In this document: one piece after another, positions 11,094 through 23,707 of the stretch
How the letters are laid out: every line of letters begins with the position of its first letter
How positions within the stretch are numbered: the first letter of the stretch is position 1
Assembly (NCBI GenBank): GCA_963843575.1
Contig: CAWJKZ010000024.1
Location: 32,001 to 96,000 of the forward strand
DNA length: 64,000 nucleotides
Direction: 5' to 3'
Source of the DNA: an uncultured Acidobacteriota bacterium
GTDB taxonomy: Bacteria > Acidobacteriota > UBA6911
The notes under the pieces: model-generated
The model's input: the letters and a program-made list of their open reading frames with translations, nothing else
Told to the model about the DNA's origin: nothing
Databases searched by the model: none
Made by a program: the position numbers and the translations under genes

Positions 11094-12260
11094 TCACTCG
11101 GCCCGACGGCGCCGGAAAGCCGGTTCGTCCAGGTTGTCCTTCATGCTGGAGACCCGGTAGTCCACCTTGTCGTGATCGAGGCCGGGTACCCGGAGCGGGG
11201 CATCGTTCAAGGGGACGACGTTGCCGGCAGGGCGGCCGAATTCGTTCTTCGGCCTCTCCTGGGCGTTCTGGTTAAAGCCGGTGGCGATCACCGTGATCTT
11301 CATCCTGTCGCCCATCGTTTGATCGTAGACGGCCCCGAAGATCGTGTCCTCGCTGTTGGCGGCTTCCTGGATGATCTTGGCCGCGGCATCGACCTCGTGC
11401 AGCCTGAGGCTGTCCCGGGTGGCGGTGATGTTGATGAGCACCCCCTTGGCGCCCCGGATCGAGGTTTCTTCCAGCAGCGGGCTGGATATCGCGCGTTGCG
11501 CCGCTTCGACCGCGCGGTCCACGCCTTCCGCGGTTCCAGTCCCCATGAGCGCCATGCCCTTGCCGACCATGATGGTCCGCACGTCGGCGAAGTCGACGTT
11601 CATGATCCCGGGCATGGTGATGATGTCCGAGATCCCCTGGACGGCCTGGCAGAGGACGTCGTCGGCGTACTGGAAGGAGCCCTCGAGCAGCGACTCGGAT
11701 TCCATGGCGTAGAGCAGCCGCTCGTTGGGGATCGTGATCAGGGTATCGACCACTTCCTTGAGTTCCCGGATCCCCTCCTCGGCCAGCAATTGTCGTCTCT
11801 TACCCTCGAAGGCGAACGGTTTGGTCACGACGCCGACCACGAGGGCGCCGAGTTCGGAGGCCAGGCTGGCGACGATGGGGGAACCGCCGGTGCCGGTGCC
11901 CTTGCCCATCCCGGCGGTGACGAAAACCATGTCGGCGCCGTCGAGCAGCTCGATGATGCGTTCGGTGTCTTCGAGCGCCGCCTGGCGGCCGCGCTCGGGC
12001 ACGGCGCCGCAGCCGAGCCCGTTGGTGAGCTTGGCGCCGAGCTGCACTTTGATCGGGGCCAGCGAACTCCGCAGCGCCTGCAGGTCGGTGTTGGCCGCGA
12101 TGAATTCCACACCTTCGATTTTGTTCTGGATCATGCGGTTGACGGCGTTGCCGCCGGCGCCGCCGATCCCGATGACCTTGATCTTTGCCGGTGGCTGGCG
12201 GTCCTCGTCGAACTTGAACCGCGCCGCCTCTTCGTCAAACCGCAATTTATCCGTCTGCAT
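11094..12260 (-). CDS. ftsZ: Cell division protein FtsZ
   Basis: [39 protein letters not shown]-terminal LDEPAFRRR. Confidence 0.97.
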   Translation of the reverse strand: MQTDKLRFDEEAARFKFDEDRQPPAKIKVIGIGGAGGNAVNRMIQNKIEGVEFIAANTDLQALRSSLAPIKVQLGAKLTNGLGCGAVPERGRQAALEDTERIIELLDGADMVFVTAGMGKGTGTGGSPIVASLASELGALVVGVVTKPFAFEGKRRQLLAEEGIRELKEVVDTLITIPNERLLYAMESESLLEGSFQYADDVLCQAVQGISDIITMPGIMNVDFADVRTIMVGKGMALMGTGTAEGVDRAVEAAQRAISSPLLEETSIRGAKGVLINITATRDSLRLHEVDAAAKIIQEAANSEDTIFGAVYDQTMGDRMKITVIATGFNQNAQERPKNEFGRPAGNVVPLNDAPLRVPGLDHDKVDYRVSSMKDNLDEPAFRRRRAE

Positions 12261-12284
12261 CCGTCCCTCCTTGTATGACTTCGT

Positions 12285-13521
12285 CTAGCTTCCGATCCAA
12301 GACAAGAAACGATTCACGAATCGCCGTGATCCCGCTTTGCCCGGCTGCTTGTTCCGGTCCCCGCTGTCCTGGGCGCCGAGCAGGGCCAACCCGATCGCCG
12401 TGGCGTACACCGGGTGGGACAGCTCCTCCGTCAAACCCTGCACCCCGTAAGGCAGTCCCTGGCGGACGGGCAACTCGAGCGTCTTCTCGGCCAGTTCCAG
12501 CATGCCGCCCAGCATGCTCCCTCCGCCGGTGAGAACGATCCCGCCCACCAGCTGGTCGCGGTCTCCGCCGCGCTCGAGCTGGGCCTTGACGAGTTCGAGC
12601 AGTTCCACGCCGCGGTCGCAGAGTATCTGGCAGGCGGACTGGCGCGAGGCCTGCCGCGGCTCGCCGGTTCCCACTGCCGGTATGTCGACCAGTCTCGTCC
12701 GCCGCGATCGCCTCGAAGACGACGCTCCCGAATTCCTTCTTGATGCGTTCCGCGTCCTCGACCGGGGTGCGCAGCCCCACGGCCAGGTCGCGGGTGAAAT
12801 GGGCGCCCCCAACCGGGAGAACCGAGGTGAAGCGGATCGCAGTTGCGCGCAAACAGGGCGATGTCGGTCGTCCCGCCGCCGATGTCGACGACGCCGTGCC
12901 CAGCTCCTTCTCGTCGCGGGTGAGGACCGACTCGGCGCTCGCCAGTTGCTGAAGGATGACCTTGCCCGACACGCATCTGCGCATGGTTCACCGCGTTGAT
13001 GACGTTCTGGTTCAGCGCGCTGTCGCACGTGACCACGTGGATGTTGACGTCCAGCCGCGAGCCGGTCAGCCCGACCGGGTTCTGGATCTCACCGCGGCTG
13101 TCGAGGAAGTACTCCTGGGGCAGCACGTGGATGATCTCGCGGCCGGCCGGGATCGGGATCGACTGGGCCGCCTGCGACGACCTGCTCCATGTCCCTCTGG
13201 GTCACCTCCTGGTGCTTCCCCTCGATCGAGACCGCGCCATGGCAGTTGTAGCTCTGGATGTGATCGCCGGAAATCCCGACGGTCACCCAGTCGACGGAAA
13301 TACCGGCCTTCTGCTCCGCCTCGTCGGCCGCCTTGCGGATGGATGCCGCGGCCTCCTCCAGGTCCACCACGACTCCCTTGCGCAGTCCGCCCGATTCGGC
13401 GTAGCCGGTCGAGATCACCTCGATCGGCTGGTCCGGGCACCGCGCGCGCGATCAGCATGCAGATCTTGGTCGTCCCGATGTCGAGTCCGCAGACGATTCG
13501 TTCTTTCTTGCTCACGTTCAC
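12285..13521 (-). CDS. ftsA: Cell division protein FtsA, multiple frameshifts
   Basis: GLDIGTTKI, GLRKGVVVD, LPQEYFLD, DIGGGTTD, AERIKKEFG, LTGGGSML, YATAIGL spread across frames. Confidence 0.93.
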
Positions 13522-13545
13522 CTTCGCGGATGCATCCCTGCCCCT

Positions 13546-14452
13546 TCAGGGCTGTGCTTCCGTGGCCTCGGCCTGCCGCGTGCGGAACACGATCTGCCCC
13601 TCGTTGCGCAGGTCCACCGAGCTGATTTCCTCGTACTGGGTTTTGATTTCCCGATACTGCGTCATGTTGGACATCAGGGTCCGGAATCTCTTCAGAAAAT
13701 CGTGATCTCCGAGAAGAATCTCAGCCGACTCGTCGACGAGCAGGATCTTGACGTTGGCCTTGTCCGAGAGGTCCACTTCGGACAGTTCGTTGGTGAAAGC
13801 CGAGGACCCCGACTCGAGCTCGGCCAGCAACTTCAGCCCGAGCTTGATCCTTTCGGCGTTTTCCTGCTGGTACAGGCGGTAGCCCTCGGCATTTGCGCCG
13901 AGGACCCCCTTGAAAATGGGGACGTGGAGCCTGCCGAATTTCGGGTCGTACCTGTCGAGCAGGATGCCCTCGGCGTCCGCGATCATCTGCTCTCCCCGCT
14001 ATTTCGAGCACGACGGCCGGGACGCGCTCCTCGACGTACACGACCAGGTCCGAGGGGAGCACGCGCCGTATCTCGGCCCGGCGGACCCACGGTTCCTGCT
14101 CGAGCCGCTCGCGCACCCGGTAGAGGTCGATCCGGAGTGTCTGGGCGGAGAAATTGTCGCGAACGATCGCCGCGAGTTTCTGGGCGTCTGCCCGGGTGCA
14201 CCCCTGGATCGTGACGTCGCGCAGCGAAAGCCGTTCCGACGTGAGCGTGAACACGCCCAGCGAGACGAGAAGTGCGGCTGCGAGCGCCAGGACGGCAACC
14301 TTACCCAGGAGGCGCACGGCCCGCAGGGCCAGGCGGCTCGCCCCGGGTCCCTTCCGAACCTTCTGCGGCGCCGGCCGGCGCAGGTAGCGGCTTTTTTCCT
14401 GCGGCGGCGCAGCCTCCGCGGCTTCTTTCTCCCGTGTCGTTCTTATCTCCAT
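13546..14452 (-). CDS. ftsQ: Cell division protein FtsQ/DivIB, frameshift near 13990
   Basis: TM helix, POTRA (PWVRRAEIRRVLPSDLVVYVEERVP), C-terminal SVDLR; lies between murC and ftsA. Confidence 0.88.
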
Positions 14453-14485
14453 AGACAACCCAACCACTGTGCGGCGCCCGCTGGA

Positions 14486-15856
14486 TCAGCGGGACTGCTT
14501 ATCCACGAACGCGTCGCCGACCTTCCACACGTCTCCGGCGCCGAGCGTGATCAGCAGGTCTCCCGGCTTGAGCCTGTTGCGCAGCATCTCTTGGGCGGCC
14601 GCGATGCTCTCGACATAGGAGACGTCCCGGTGCCCGAAATCTTTGACATCCCGGGCCAGCCGTTCCGCCGTGACCCCCGGGATCGGGTCCTCGCCGGCCG
14701 CATAGATCGGCAGCACCACCAGCACGTCGGCGTGATAGAACGCGCGGGCGAACTCGGCCCTGAGCGCCTCGGTCCGGGTGTAGCGGTGCGGCTGGAACAC
14801 GGCGACGATGCGGCGGTCGCAGGCCCCACGGGCTGCTTTCAGGGTCGCCATGATCTCCGCCGGGTGGTGGCCATAATCGTCGACCACGAGTACGCCGTCC
14901 TTCTCGCCTTTGACCTGGAACCGGCGGTCCGCGTTCTGGAATTCCGCCAGGCCCGCAGCGATCTTTTCGAACGGGATGTCCAGTTCGAGGGCGACTGCGA
15001 CGGCGGCGAGGGAGTTCAGCACGCCGTGCTGGCCGGGCACCTGCAGCCGGATCGAGCCGAGCGGGTTGCCCCGGCACCGCACCGAGTAGGACGACCCGAA
15101 GTCCTTGAACTCCACGTGCGCAGCCGACACGTCCGCCTGGCCGCTGGTGCCGTAGGACACGATCCGGCGCTGCACCCTGGGGAGCACCGCCTGGACGAAC
15201 GGATCGTCCAGGCACAACACCGCCGCCCCGTAAAACGGGACCTTGTTGACGAAGGTCACGAACGCGGACTGGATCTCCTCCAGGTCGGTGTAGTGATCGA
15301 GATGCTCCCGGTCGATGTTGGTGACCACCGCGATCGTCGGGCTCAGTTTCAGGAAAGAGCCGTCGCTCTCGTCCGCCTCGAGCACGATGAAGTCGCCCCG
15401 GCCCAGCTTGGCGTTGCTGCCGAAGGCGTTCAGCCTGCCTCCGATGACGGCGGTGGGGTCGTACCCGGCGTGAACCAGCACGGTGGCGATCATCGAGGTC
15501 GTCGTCGTTTTCCCGTGCGCCCCGGCGATAGCGATGCTGTACTTGAGGCGCGCCAGCTCCGCGAGCATCTCGGCGCGGGGGATTACCGGGATTGGGCGGC
15601 GCTTGGCTGCCGCCACCTCCGGGTTGTCCGGCCGGACCGCCGAGGAGACCACGACGACGTCGGCTCTCTCCACGTTCGCCGCCGCGTGCCCCGCGAACAC
15701 GGTCGCGCCGAGCGCCGCGAGACGGTCGGTGATGGGGCTGCGCCGCGCGTCGGAGCCGGTGACCTCGTACCCGAGGTTGAGCAGAAGCTCGGCGATGCCG
15801 CTCATCCCGATGCCCCCGATCCCGACGAAGTGTATGGTCCTGATTTTCTTGAACAA
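14486..15856 (-). CDS. murC: UDP-N-acetylmuramate--L-alanine ligase
   Basis: [44 protein letters not shown]. Confidence 0.96.
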   Translation of the reverse strand: MFKKIRTIHFVGIGGIGMSGIAELLLNLGYEVTGSDARRSPITDRLAALGATVFAGHAAANVERADVVVVSSAVRPDNPEVAAAKRRPIPVIPRAEMLAELARLKYSIAIAGAHGKTTTTSMIATVLVHAGYDPTAVIGGRLNAFGSNAKLGRGDFIVLEADESDGSFLKLSPTIAVVTNIDREHLDHYTDLEEIQSAFVTFVNKVPFYGAAVLCLDDPFVQAVLPRVQRRIVSYGTSGQADVSAAHVEFKDFGSSYSVRCRGNPLGSIRLQVPGQHGVLNSLAAVAVALELDIPFEKIAAGLAEFQNADRRFQVKGEKDGVLVVDDYGHHPAEIMATLKAARGACDRRIVAVFQPHRYTRTEALRAEFARAFYHADVLVVLPIYAAGEDPIPGVTAERLARDVKDFGHRDVSYVESIAAAQEMLRNRLKPGDLLITLGAGDVWKVGDAFVDKQSR

Positions 15857-15870
15857 CGTCGCCTCGCGAC

Positions 15871-16962
15871 TCAAAGTCCGGTGATCATGTCGGCGATGGC
15901 GCAGGCCGCGTCCGGCTTCGCCAGCGCGCGTGCCGCCTCCGCCATTTTTCCCATTTCCTGCGGGTGATCCCGAAAGTAGCCGATTTCCCGGGCCAGTCTC
16001 CCGGCTCCCCAATCGGTTTCCGGTATCATCCGCGCGGCCCCGTACCGCTCGAGGGCCCGGGCGTTCTTGGTCTGGTGGTCGTCCGCCGCCCCGGGGAAGG
16101 GCACCAGGATCGCCGGCCTTCCCGCGACAGTGAGTTCGGCTATGGTGCCGGCTCCCGCGCGCGACAGGACGAGGTCGGCCCGGGAGAGTTCCTCGTAGAT
16201 AGCCGGCAGGAAAGGCCGGACCTCCGAGTCAAGCCCGGCGTCCGCGTGCGCCTGCCGGACCTGTTCGTACTCGCGCTCCCCAGTCTGGTGGATCAGGTGC
16301 AGGGCCACTCCGAAGGCCTTCAGCTCCGGCAGTGCGTCGCACACGATCCGGTTCAGCGCGTGGCTCCCCTGGCTCCCGCCGTATACCAGCAGGGTCAACG
16401 TGGCGCCCGGCGCCCGGCGCGGTATGGCCGCGAACTCCCGCCGCACCGGGATCCCGGTCACGACCCCCTTTTCGCCGAAGTAGTTGCCGACCTCGGGGAG
16501 TGCCAGGGCGGCCGCGTCGACGATACGCGCCAGCAGGCGGTTGGTCAATCCGGGATGTGCGTTTGGTTCCACCACCAGGGTACGGCGACGCGCAAGCCAG
16601 GCGGCGAGGACGACCGGGCCCGAAGCGTAGCCGCCCACCCCCACGACGACGTCGGGGCCGAATTCGCGCAGCACGCGTCGCGACTGCACCAGGCTGCGCG
16701 GCACCAGCAGCAGACTGCGGAGCCGCTTCATGGACCTCATCCCCTTGAGTCCCGCCGATTCGATGAACGCAATTTCAAACCCCTCGCCGGGCACGATGCG
16801 GGCTTCGAGCCCGCGACGGGTTCCGACAAAGAGCACCGGGCACGCCGGTGCGCGCCGCCGCAGTTCCCGCGCCAGTGCGACCGCGAGGTACACGTGACCG
16901 CCGGTGCCGCCGCCCGCGAACATCACCCTCACGTTCCGTCCAGCCCCGGGCGCGCCCTTCAC
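15871..16962 (-). CDS. murG: Lipid II GlcNAc transferase
   Basis: [35 protein letters not shown]; GTG overlaps ftsW stop. Confidence 0.95.
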   Translation of the reverse strand: MKGAPGAGRNVRVMFAGGGTGGHVYLAVALARELRRRAPACPVLFVGTRRGLEARIVPGEGFEIAFIESAGLKGMRSMKRLRSLLLVPRSLVQSRRVLREFGPDVVVGVGGYASGPVVLAAWLARRRTLVVEPNAHPGLTNRLLARIVDAAALALPEVGNYFGEKGVVTGIPVRREFAAIPRRAPGATLTLLVYGGSQGSHALNRIVCDALPELKAFGVALHLIHQTGEREYEQVRQAHADAGLDSEVRPFLPAIYEELSRADLVLSRAGAGTIAELTVAGRPAILVPFPGAADDHQTKNARALERYGAARMIPETDWGAGRLAREIGYFRDHPQEMGKMAEAARALAKPDAACAIADMITGL

Positions 16963-18068
16963 TCCGACTCCAGCGCGGCCGCGTCGCCGTGGCGCGAGAT
17001 GTTGAGCAGCACGCCGGTGGCCAGCAGGTTCATGAGCAGGGAGCTTCCACCCTGGCTCAGGAAGGGGAGAGCGATCCCCTTGGTCGGGATGAGGGAAAGC
17101 ACCATGGAGATGTTGATGAGCGCCTGCAGGACCACCATGGCCGTGATCCCCATCCCCAGATAGAATCCAAACCTGTCGGGCGCCTTCAGACTGATCTTCA
17201 TCCCGCGGTAGAAAAAGAGGACAAAGGCTGCCGTGACCAGGAGCGTGCCGATCAGTCCCAGTTCCTCCCCGATCACGGCAAAGATGAAGTCGCTGTGCGC
17301 CAGCGGCAGGAAAAAGAGCTTCTGCTTGCTTCCCCCCAACCCGAGCCCGAGGAACCCGCCGCTGCCGATCGCGGTGAGCGACTGGATGGTCTGCCAGCCG
17401 GAACCCAGGGGGTCCTGGAACGGGTTCAGGAACGCGCGCACGCGTTCCCAGCGGTAGTGCACCAGCACCACGAAAAAGTAAAAGGCCGGCACGCAAAGCA
17501 CCACTGCCGAGGCGATGTACTTCCAGCTCAGGCCGGCCACAAACAGCAAGACGACCGCGATGGAGACGACGCAGAACGCCTGGCCTAGGTCGGGTTCCAG
17601 GGCGATGAGCCCCGCGAACAGCAGCACGACCGCCAGGCAGGGCAGGAGACGCCTGACAAAGCTGTTGATTTCGCCGGCGTAGCGGTGGAGAAACCCCGCC
17701 AGGAACATCAGCAGGACCAGTTTGGCCATCTCGGAGGGTTGAAACGACATCGGGCCGCGCAGCCAGCGGTGCGACCCGTTGATCCGGGGCTGCGTAAAGA
17801 CAAACAGCAGGCTCACCAGGCTCACCAGCAGGAGGACAGCAATCAGCTTCCGCTTCTGCCACAGGTGGTAGTCGACGTTCATCAGAATGACCATGGCCAG
17901 ATAGCCGAAGCCCGCGCAGGCGAGCTGCCGGACAAAGTAGTACGACGACATGCCGTGCTTCGAGGACGCCATCACCGACGACGCGCTGTAGACCATCAGG
18001 AGCCCGAAGACCGTCAGCAGGCTGGTCACGATGAGGAGCGTGCGATCATTGCCGGCCCTGTATGCCAC
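16959..18068 (-). CDS. ftsW: SEDS peptidoglycan polymerase FtsW
   Basis: SFQPSEMAK, EPDLG, AHSDFIFAVIGEELG, LPFLSQGGSS. Confidence 0.95.
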   Translation of the reverse strand: MAYRAGNDRTLLIVTSLLTVFGLLMVYSASSVMASSKHGMSSYYFVRQLACAGFGYLAMVILMNVDYHLWQKRKLIAVLLLVSLVSLLFVFTQPRINGSHRWLRGPMSFQPSEMAKLVLLMFLAGFLHRYAGEINSFVRRLLPCLAVVLLFAGLIALEPDLGQAFCVVSIAVVLLFVAGLSWKYIASAVVLCVPAFYFFVVLVHYRWERVRAFLNPFQDPLGSGWQTIQSLTAIGSGGFLGLGLGGSKQKLFFLPLAHSDFIFAVIGEELGLIGTLLVTAAFVLFFYRGMKISLKAPDRFGFYLGMGITAMVVLQALINISMVLSLIPTKGIALPFLSQGGSSLLMNLLATGVLLNISRHGDAAALESE

Positions 18069-18072
18069 GCCG

Positions 18073-19464
18073 TCATTTCTCCGTTGCGAGCGCGCGCACC
18101 GCGTCCTTGAAGACGCGGCCGCGGTGTTCGTAATTGTCGAACATGTCGTAACTGGCGCACGCAGGCGCCAGCAACACGATGTCTCCGGGTCGCGCGTGCG
18201 CATGGCACACGGAGACCGCTTCGGGCAGGCTCGACGCCGCGTGCAGCTCCGTCGCCCCGGCGAGCGCCTCGCGCAGCTTCCCCGCCGCCTCCCCAATCAG
18301 CACGGCCTCCCGCACACGGCGTCGGACGGCGGGCAACAGCGTGGTGAAGTCGGCGCCCTTGTCCCTGCCGCCGGCGATCAGGTGAATCCCGCCCGGGAAG
18401 GATTCCAGCGACTTGATGGCCGCATCCACGTTGGTGGCCTTCGAGTCATTGAAGTACTGCACGCCGGCGATGTCGGCCACCCACTCCATGCGGTGTTCCA
18501 CCCCCGCGAAGCCCCGGATGGTCTCTCGCAGCGCGTCCGCGCGGGCCCCTGCCACGAGGGCGAGCGCACAGGCCGCCAGCACGTTCTCCAGGTTGTGTCC
18601 CCCCTTGACGGCGACGTCCTCGAGTGCGAACAGCGGCTGCTCGCGCCCCTCCAGGTCGCGGAAGAACAACCGGCCGGCGTGCACGAAGGTCCCGGCCGCC
18701 GGTTCCGTCGTCCGGCTGAACCACATCGGTTGCGAGGGCACCCGCGACGCGAGCGCGGCGGTCCGGGGATCGTCCCGGTTCAACAGCGCCACGTCGCAGG
18801 GATGCTGATTCAGGAAGACCCGCTCCTTTGCCCGGACGTAGGCGTCGAAATCCGGGTAGCGGTCGAGGTGATCCGGGGTGAGGTTCAGGACGGCCGCCGC
18901 ATGCGGCCGGAAGCGGTCGATCGATTCGAGTTGAAAACTCGACAGCTCGACGGCGTAGATGTCCTCGGGCGTGGACTCCTCGGCCAGGCTGATCAGCGGC
19001 ACGCCGATGTTGCCGGCGGCGTGCCCCTTCAGCCCGGACCCGCGCAGGAGTTCGGCCGCGAGGGTCGTGGTGGTCGTCTTGCCGTTGGATCCGGTGATCC
19101 CGAGCACGGTGCCGCTCAGGTGCCGCCACGCGAGCTCGACCTCGCCTATGATCGGGATGCCCGCGCGACGGCTGAGGTCGAACAGCCCCATGCTCAGGGG
19201 GACGCCCGGGCTTTCCACCACCAGGTGGCAGTGCTCAAAGGCTTCCGGGTCATGGCGGCCGAGATCCAGCCTCAGGCGCCCGGCCGACTCCGGGAGCGCC
19301 TCGAGCTGCGCGACAGTGCCTTCGAGCTTGTCCCTGGTCTTCGTGTCGGTGAGGACGACCCGGGCTCCGCGGGACAGGAGGAAACGCGCCACGGCGATGC
19401 CGCTGCGCGCGGCGCCGACCACCAGGACCGTCATCCCCGAGTACTCCTGCCCTGCTGCCGTCAT
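18073..19464 (-). CDS. murD: UDP-MurNAc-L-Ala--D-glutamate ligase
   Basis: ITGSNGKTTT, ELSSFQL, DHLDRY, NDSKATN, APACASYDMF. Confidence 0.96.
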   Translation of the reverse strand: MTAAGQEYSGMTVLVVGAARSGIAVARFLLSRGARVVLTDTKTRDKLEGTVAQLEALPESAGRLRLDLGRHDPEAFEHCHLVVESPGVPLSMGLFDLSRRAGIPIIGEVELAWRHLSGTVLGITGSNGKTTTTTLAAELLRGSGLKGHAAGNIGVPLISLAEESTPEDIYAVELSSFQLESIDRFRPHAAAVLNLTPDHLDRYPDFDAYVRAKERVFLNQHPCDVALLNRDDPRTAALASRVPSQPMWFSRTTEPAAGTFVHAGRLFFRDLEGREQPLFALEDVAVKGGHNLENVLAACALALVAGARADALRETIRGFAGVEHRMEWVADIAGVQYFNDSKATNVDAAIKSLESFPGGIHLIAGGRDKGADFTTLLPAVRRRVREAVLIGEAAGKLREALAGATELHAASSLPEAVSVCHAHARPGDIVLLAPACASYDMFDNYEHRGRVFKDAVRALATEK

Positions 19465-19488
19465 AGCTCCTGCTTCGCCGGCCGCGCC

Positions 19489-20604
19489 CTAGCGCAGCTT
19501 CAGCGTCGATAGGCTGAACAACGCGAAGAATATCGCCACGATCCAAAACCGGATGACGACTTGGTTCTCGTCCCACCCGGCGAGTTCGAAATGGTGATGA
19601 AGGGGGGCCATCCTGAAGATCCGCCGGCCTGTGAACTTGAAGGAGGCGACCTGCAGGATGACCGAGAGCCCCTCGATGACGAACACGCCGCCGATCATCG
19701 GCAGCATCAGTTCCTGTTTGATCAGAACAGCCACGGTGCCGATCGCGCCACCCAGGGCCAGAGAGCCCACGTCGCCCATGAAGACCTGGGCCGGGTGCGC
19801 GTTATACCAGAGGAAGCCCATCGTGGCCCCGACCATCGATCCGCAAAAAATGGTGAGTTCGGCCGCGTAGCTGTTCTTGATGAGGTCCAGGTATTCGGCG
19901 AAGCGGACGTGGCCACTCACGTAGCAAAGCACGGTCAGCGCCGCCGACGCGACGATCACGCAGCCGGCCGCCAGCCCGTCGAGCCCGTCGGTGAGGTTGA
20001 CCGAGTTGGACGACCCCACGATGATGAAGACCACGAAAAACGCCAGCGGGAAGGTGATCGGCAGCCACCAGACGTGCCAGAGGCCGAGTTCGGGCGTGAA
20101 GTTCTTGACGAAGGGCACGCTCAATTCGGAGTTGTAGAGTCCCACGCTCGACAGGTAGTAGAGGGCGACGCAAACCCCGAGGCTGGTGAGGGTCTGGTAG
20201 AGAATCTTTGCGCGTGCGGTCATGCCGAGGGACCGCTTCCGGGCAATCTTCGAATAATCGTCCACAAACCCGATCACGCCGAAGCAAAACGTGGCGGAGA
20301 CCGCAACCCACACGTAGAGGTTGCTGACGTCGCTCCACAGCAGCGTGGGGATGAGGATCCCCACGACGATGAGGATGCCCCCCATCGTCGGGGTGCCCGC
20401 CTTGCTGAGGTGCGACGAGGGTCCGTCGGAACGGATCTGCTGGCCGATCTGGAACTGCCGCAGCCGCCTGATCAACCACGGGCCGAGCACGAGACTGATG
20501 AACAGCGCCGTGATGCCCGCCGCCGCCGTCCGGAACGTGACGTAGCGGAAGACGCGGAAGGGTGGTATCCACTCGTGCACCCAGTAGAGGAAGTAGTACA
20601 GCAT
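19489..20604 (-). CDS. mraY: Phospho-MurNAc-pentapeptide transferase
   Basis: KAGTPTMGG, DDY, NLTDGLDGL, FMGDVGS, APLHHHFE; ATG abuts murF stop. Confidence 0.96.
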   Translation of the reverse strand: MLYYFLYWVHEWIPPFRVFRYVTFRTAAAGITALFISLVLGPWLIRRLRQFQIGQQIRSDGPSSHLSKAGTPTMGGILIVVGILIPTLLWSDVSNLYVWVAVSATFCFGVIGFVDDYSKIARKRSLGMTARAKILYQTLTSLGVCVALYYLSSVGLYNSELSVPFVKNFTPELGLWHVWWLPITFPLAFFVVFIIVGSSNSVNLTDGLDGLAAGCVIVASAALTVLCYVSGHVRFAEYLDLIKNSYAAELTIFCGSMVGATMGFLWYNAHPAQVFMGDVGSLALGGAIGTVAVLIKQELMLPMIGGVFVIEGLSVILQVASFKFTGRRIFRMAPLHHHFELAGWDENQVVIRFWIVAIFFALFSLSTLKLR

Positions 20605-22014
20605 CAGCGAACCTGCTCCGCGAAGTTGGACCGCAGGAACTGCACCATCTTCTCGAGATGCACCCCCCGGGAGCCCTTGATGAGGACGAGGTCCCCCGCC
20701 CGCACCGTCCGGCTCACGTAATCGATCGCCGGATTCACCTCGGTGAAGAAGTGCACGGCGTTTTCCGGGGTTCCGGCAGCGACGGCAGCGCGGGTGATCT
20801 GGCGCGCCTCGCCCTGGACGCCGACGATGATCTCGATGCCTGTCCTGGCCGCGTCGGTGCCGCACGCGTAGTGGAGCGCCCCGGATTCCGGGCCCAGTTC
20901 GAGCATCTCGCCCGCGACCAGGATGCGGCGGCCGAAGTTCGGGATCGCCGCGACCGTGGCGATCATCTGGGAGAGCGCGCGGGGGTTCGAGTTGTAGGAG
21001 TCGTCGACGACGGTGAACCCGTCTTTGAACTGCACGATCTGGCCGCGCATGTGTGTCTGGCGGAGATGGCGCAGGCTCTCGACGATCTGCTCGAGGTCGA
21101 TGCGGTAATGGATCCCCAGCGCCACCGCGGGGAGCGCGTTGACGACGTAGTGGCCTCCCGCCATCGGGATGGAGGCTCGGCAGGTTCTGCCTGCGGCGGA
21201 GAGGCGGAAGCGGGTTTCCTGAAGCCCGGTAATCTCTATGCTGCCCGCGTGGATCTCGGCACCCTCGGTCAGCCCCACCGGGACTTTCCGGCCGCGGGAA
21301 GCGGCAGGCGATGTCGCGCACGAGCGGGTCGTCGGTGTTGTACACGAGAAGGCTGTCGCCCTGCAGCCCATCCGCAAGCTCCTCCTTGGCGCGGGCGATC
21401 TCCTCGAGCGACGCGAAGTGCTCGAGGTGCACGGGGGCAACATTGGTGACGATCCCGATCGAGGGGCGGGCGATGCGGCACATCTCGGCGATCTCGCCCG
21501 GTGCGCTCATTCCCATCTCGAAGATGCCGATGTGATCGTCCGGGCTGAGCCCGAACAGCGCAAGCGGCAGCCCGAACAGGTTGTTGTAGTTGCCGGGCGA
21601 CCGGTAGACGCCGTACTCGGCCTGCAGCACCTGGGCCGCGAATTCCTTCGTGGTGGTTTTCCCCATGCTTCCGGTGATTCCGATCAGGGTGCCCCGCCAG
21701 AGGCGGCGCACGTCCATGGCGAGATCCTTCAGGGCCTGGTGCGTGTTCTCGACGCGGATCAGGATCTTCCCGGCCGGGAAGTCCGGGGATGGCTCGTAGC
21801 CGCCGTCGACCACGGCGCCCGCCGCGCCCTTGGCGAGGGCCGCGGCGATGAAGCCGTGCCCGTCGTGGTGCGGTCCGCGGATGGCGAAGAAGAGGTCGCC
21901 GATCCGGACGGTGCGGCTGTCGATCGAAATCCCGGAGACCATCGCGGTCCTGGAGCCCGCAAGGAGCAGTCCCCCGGTGCTCGATTCCACCTGCCCCGCC
22001 CCCATGTTTGCCAT
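20604..22014 (-). CDS. murF: UDP-MurNAc-tripeptide--D-Ala-D-Ala ligase, frameshift near 21290
   Basis: SIDSR, ITGSMGKTTTK, GNYNN, EMGM; second frame DDSYNSNP, GEMLELG, KGSRG. Confidence 0.93.
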
Positions 22015-22203
22015 GATCAAGTCCGTCATGATGGCCAGCACCGGCCGGAGGCCGAAATACCTGCGGTCCTGCACCGTGCGGTTGTCGATGTAAGTCACAT
22101 CAGCCTCGCGCCCGGCCGGCGTCGTGCAAGACGGCCGCGGCGGCTCGACGCGGCCCGTGGATCCTGCCCGTCCGGCGGTTTGACAGCACCACCTCGGCTG
22201 CAC

Positions 22204-23700
<1,497 letters not shown>

Positions 23701-23707
23701 GGTGTCC

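Noticed and set aside
12285-14452. ftsA/ftsQ as pseudogenes or programmed frameshifting
   Set aside because: Essential genes with intact motifs, no consistent slippery sites, and indels throughout the window point to sequencing error
15871-17862. 663-aa MurG with long N-terminal extension (also extended rpmA, sppA, atpH, glpK, mscS ORFs)
   Set aside because: Extensions overlap the upstream genes in another frame; proper starts lie downstream
19489-22203. Apparent 904-aa MurF-MraY fusion
   Set aside because: Caused by the murF frameshift near 21290; the true MurF C-terminus is in ORF 20604..21443 and mraY has its own ATG
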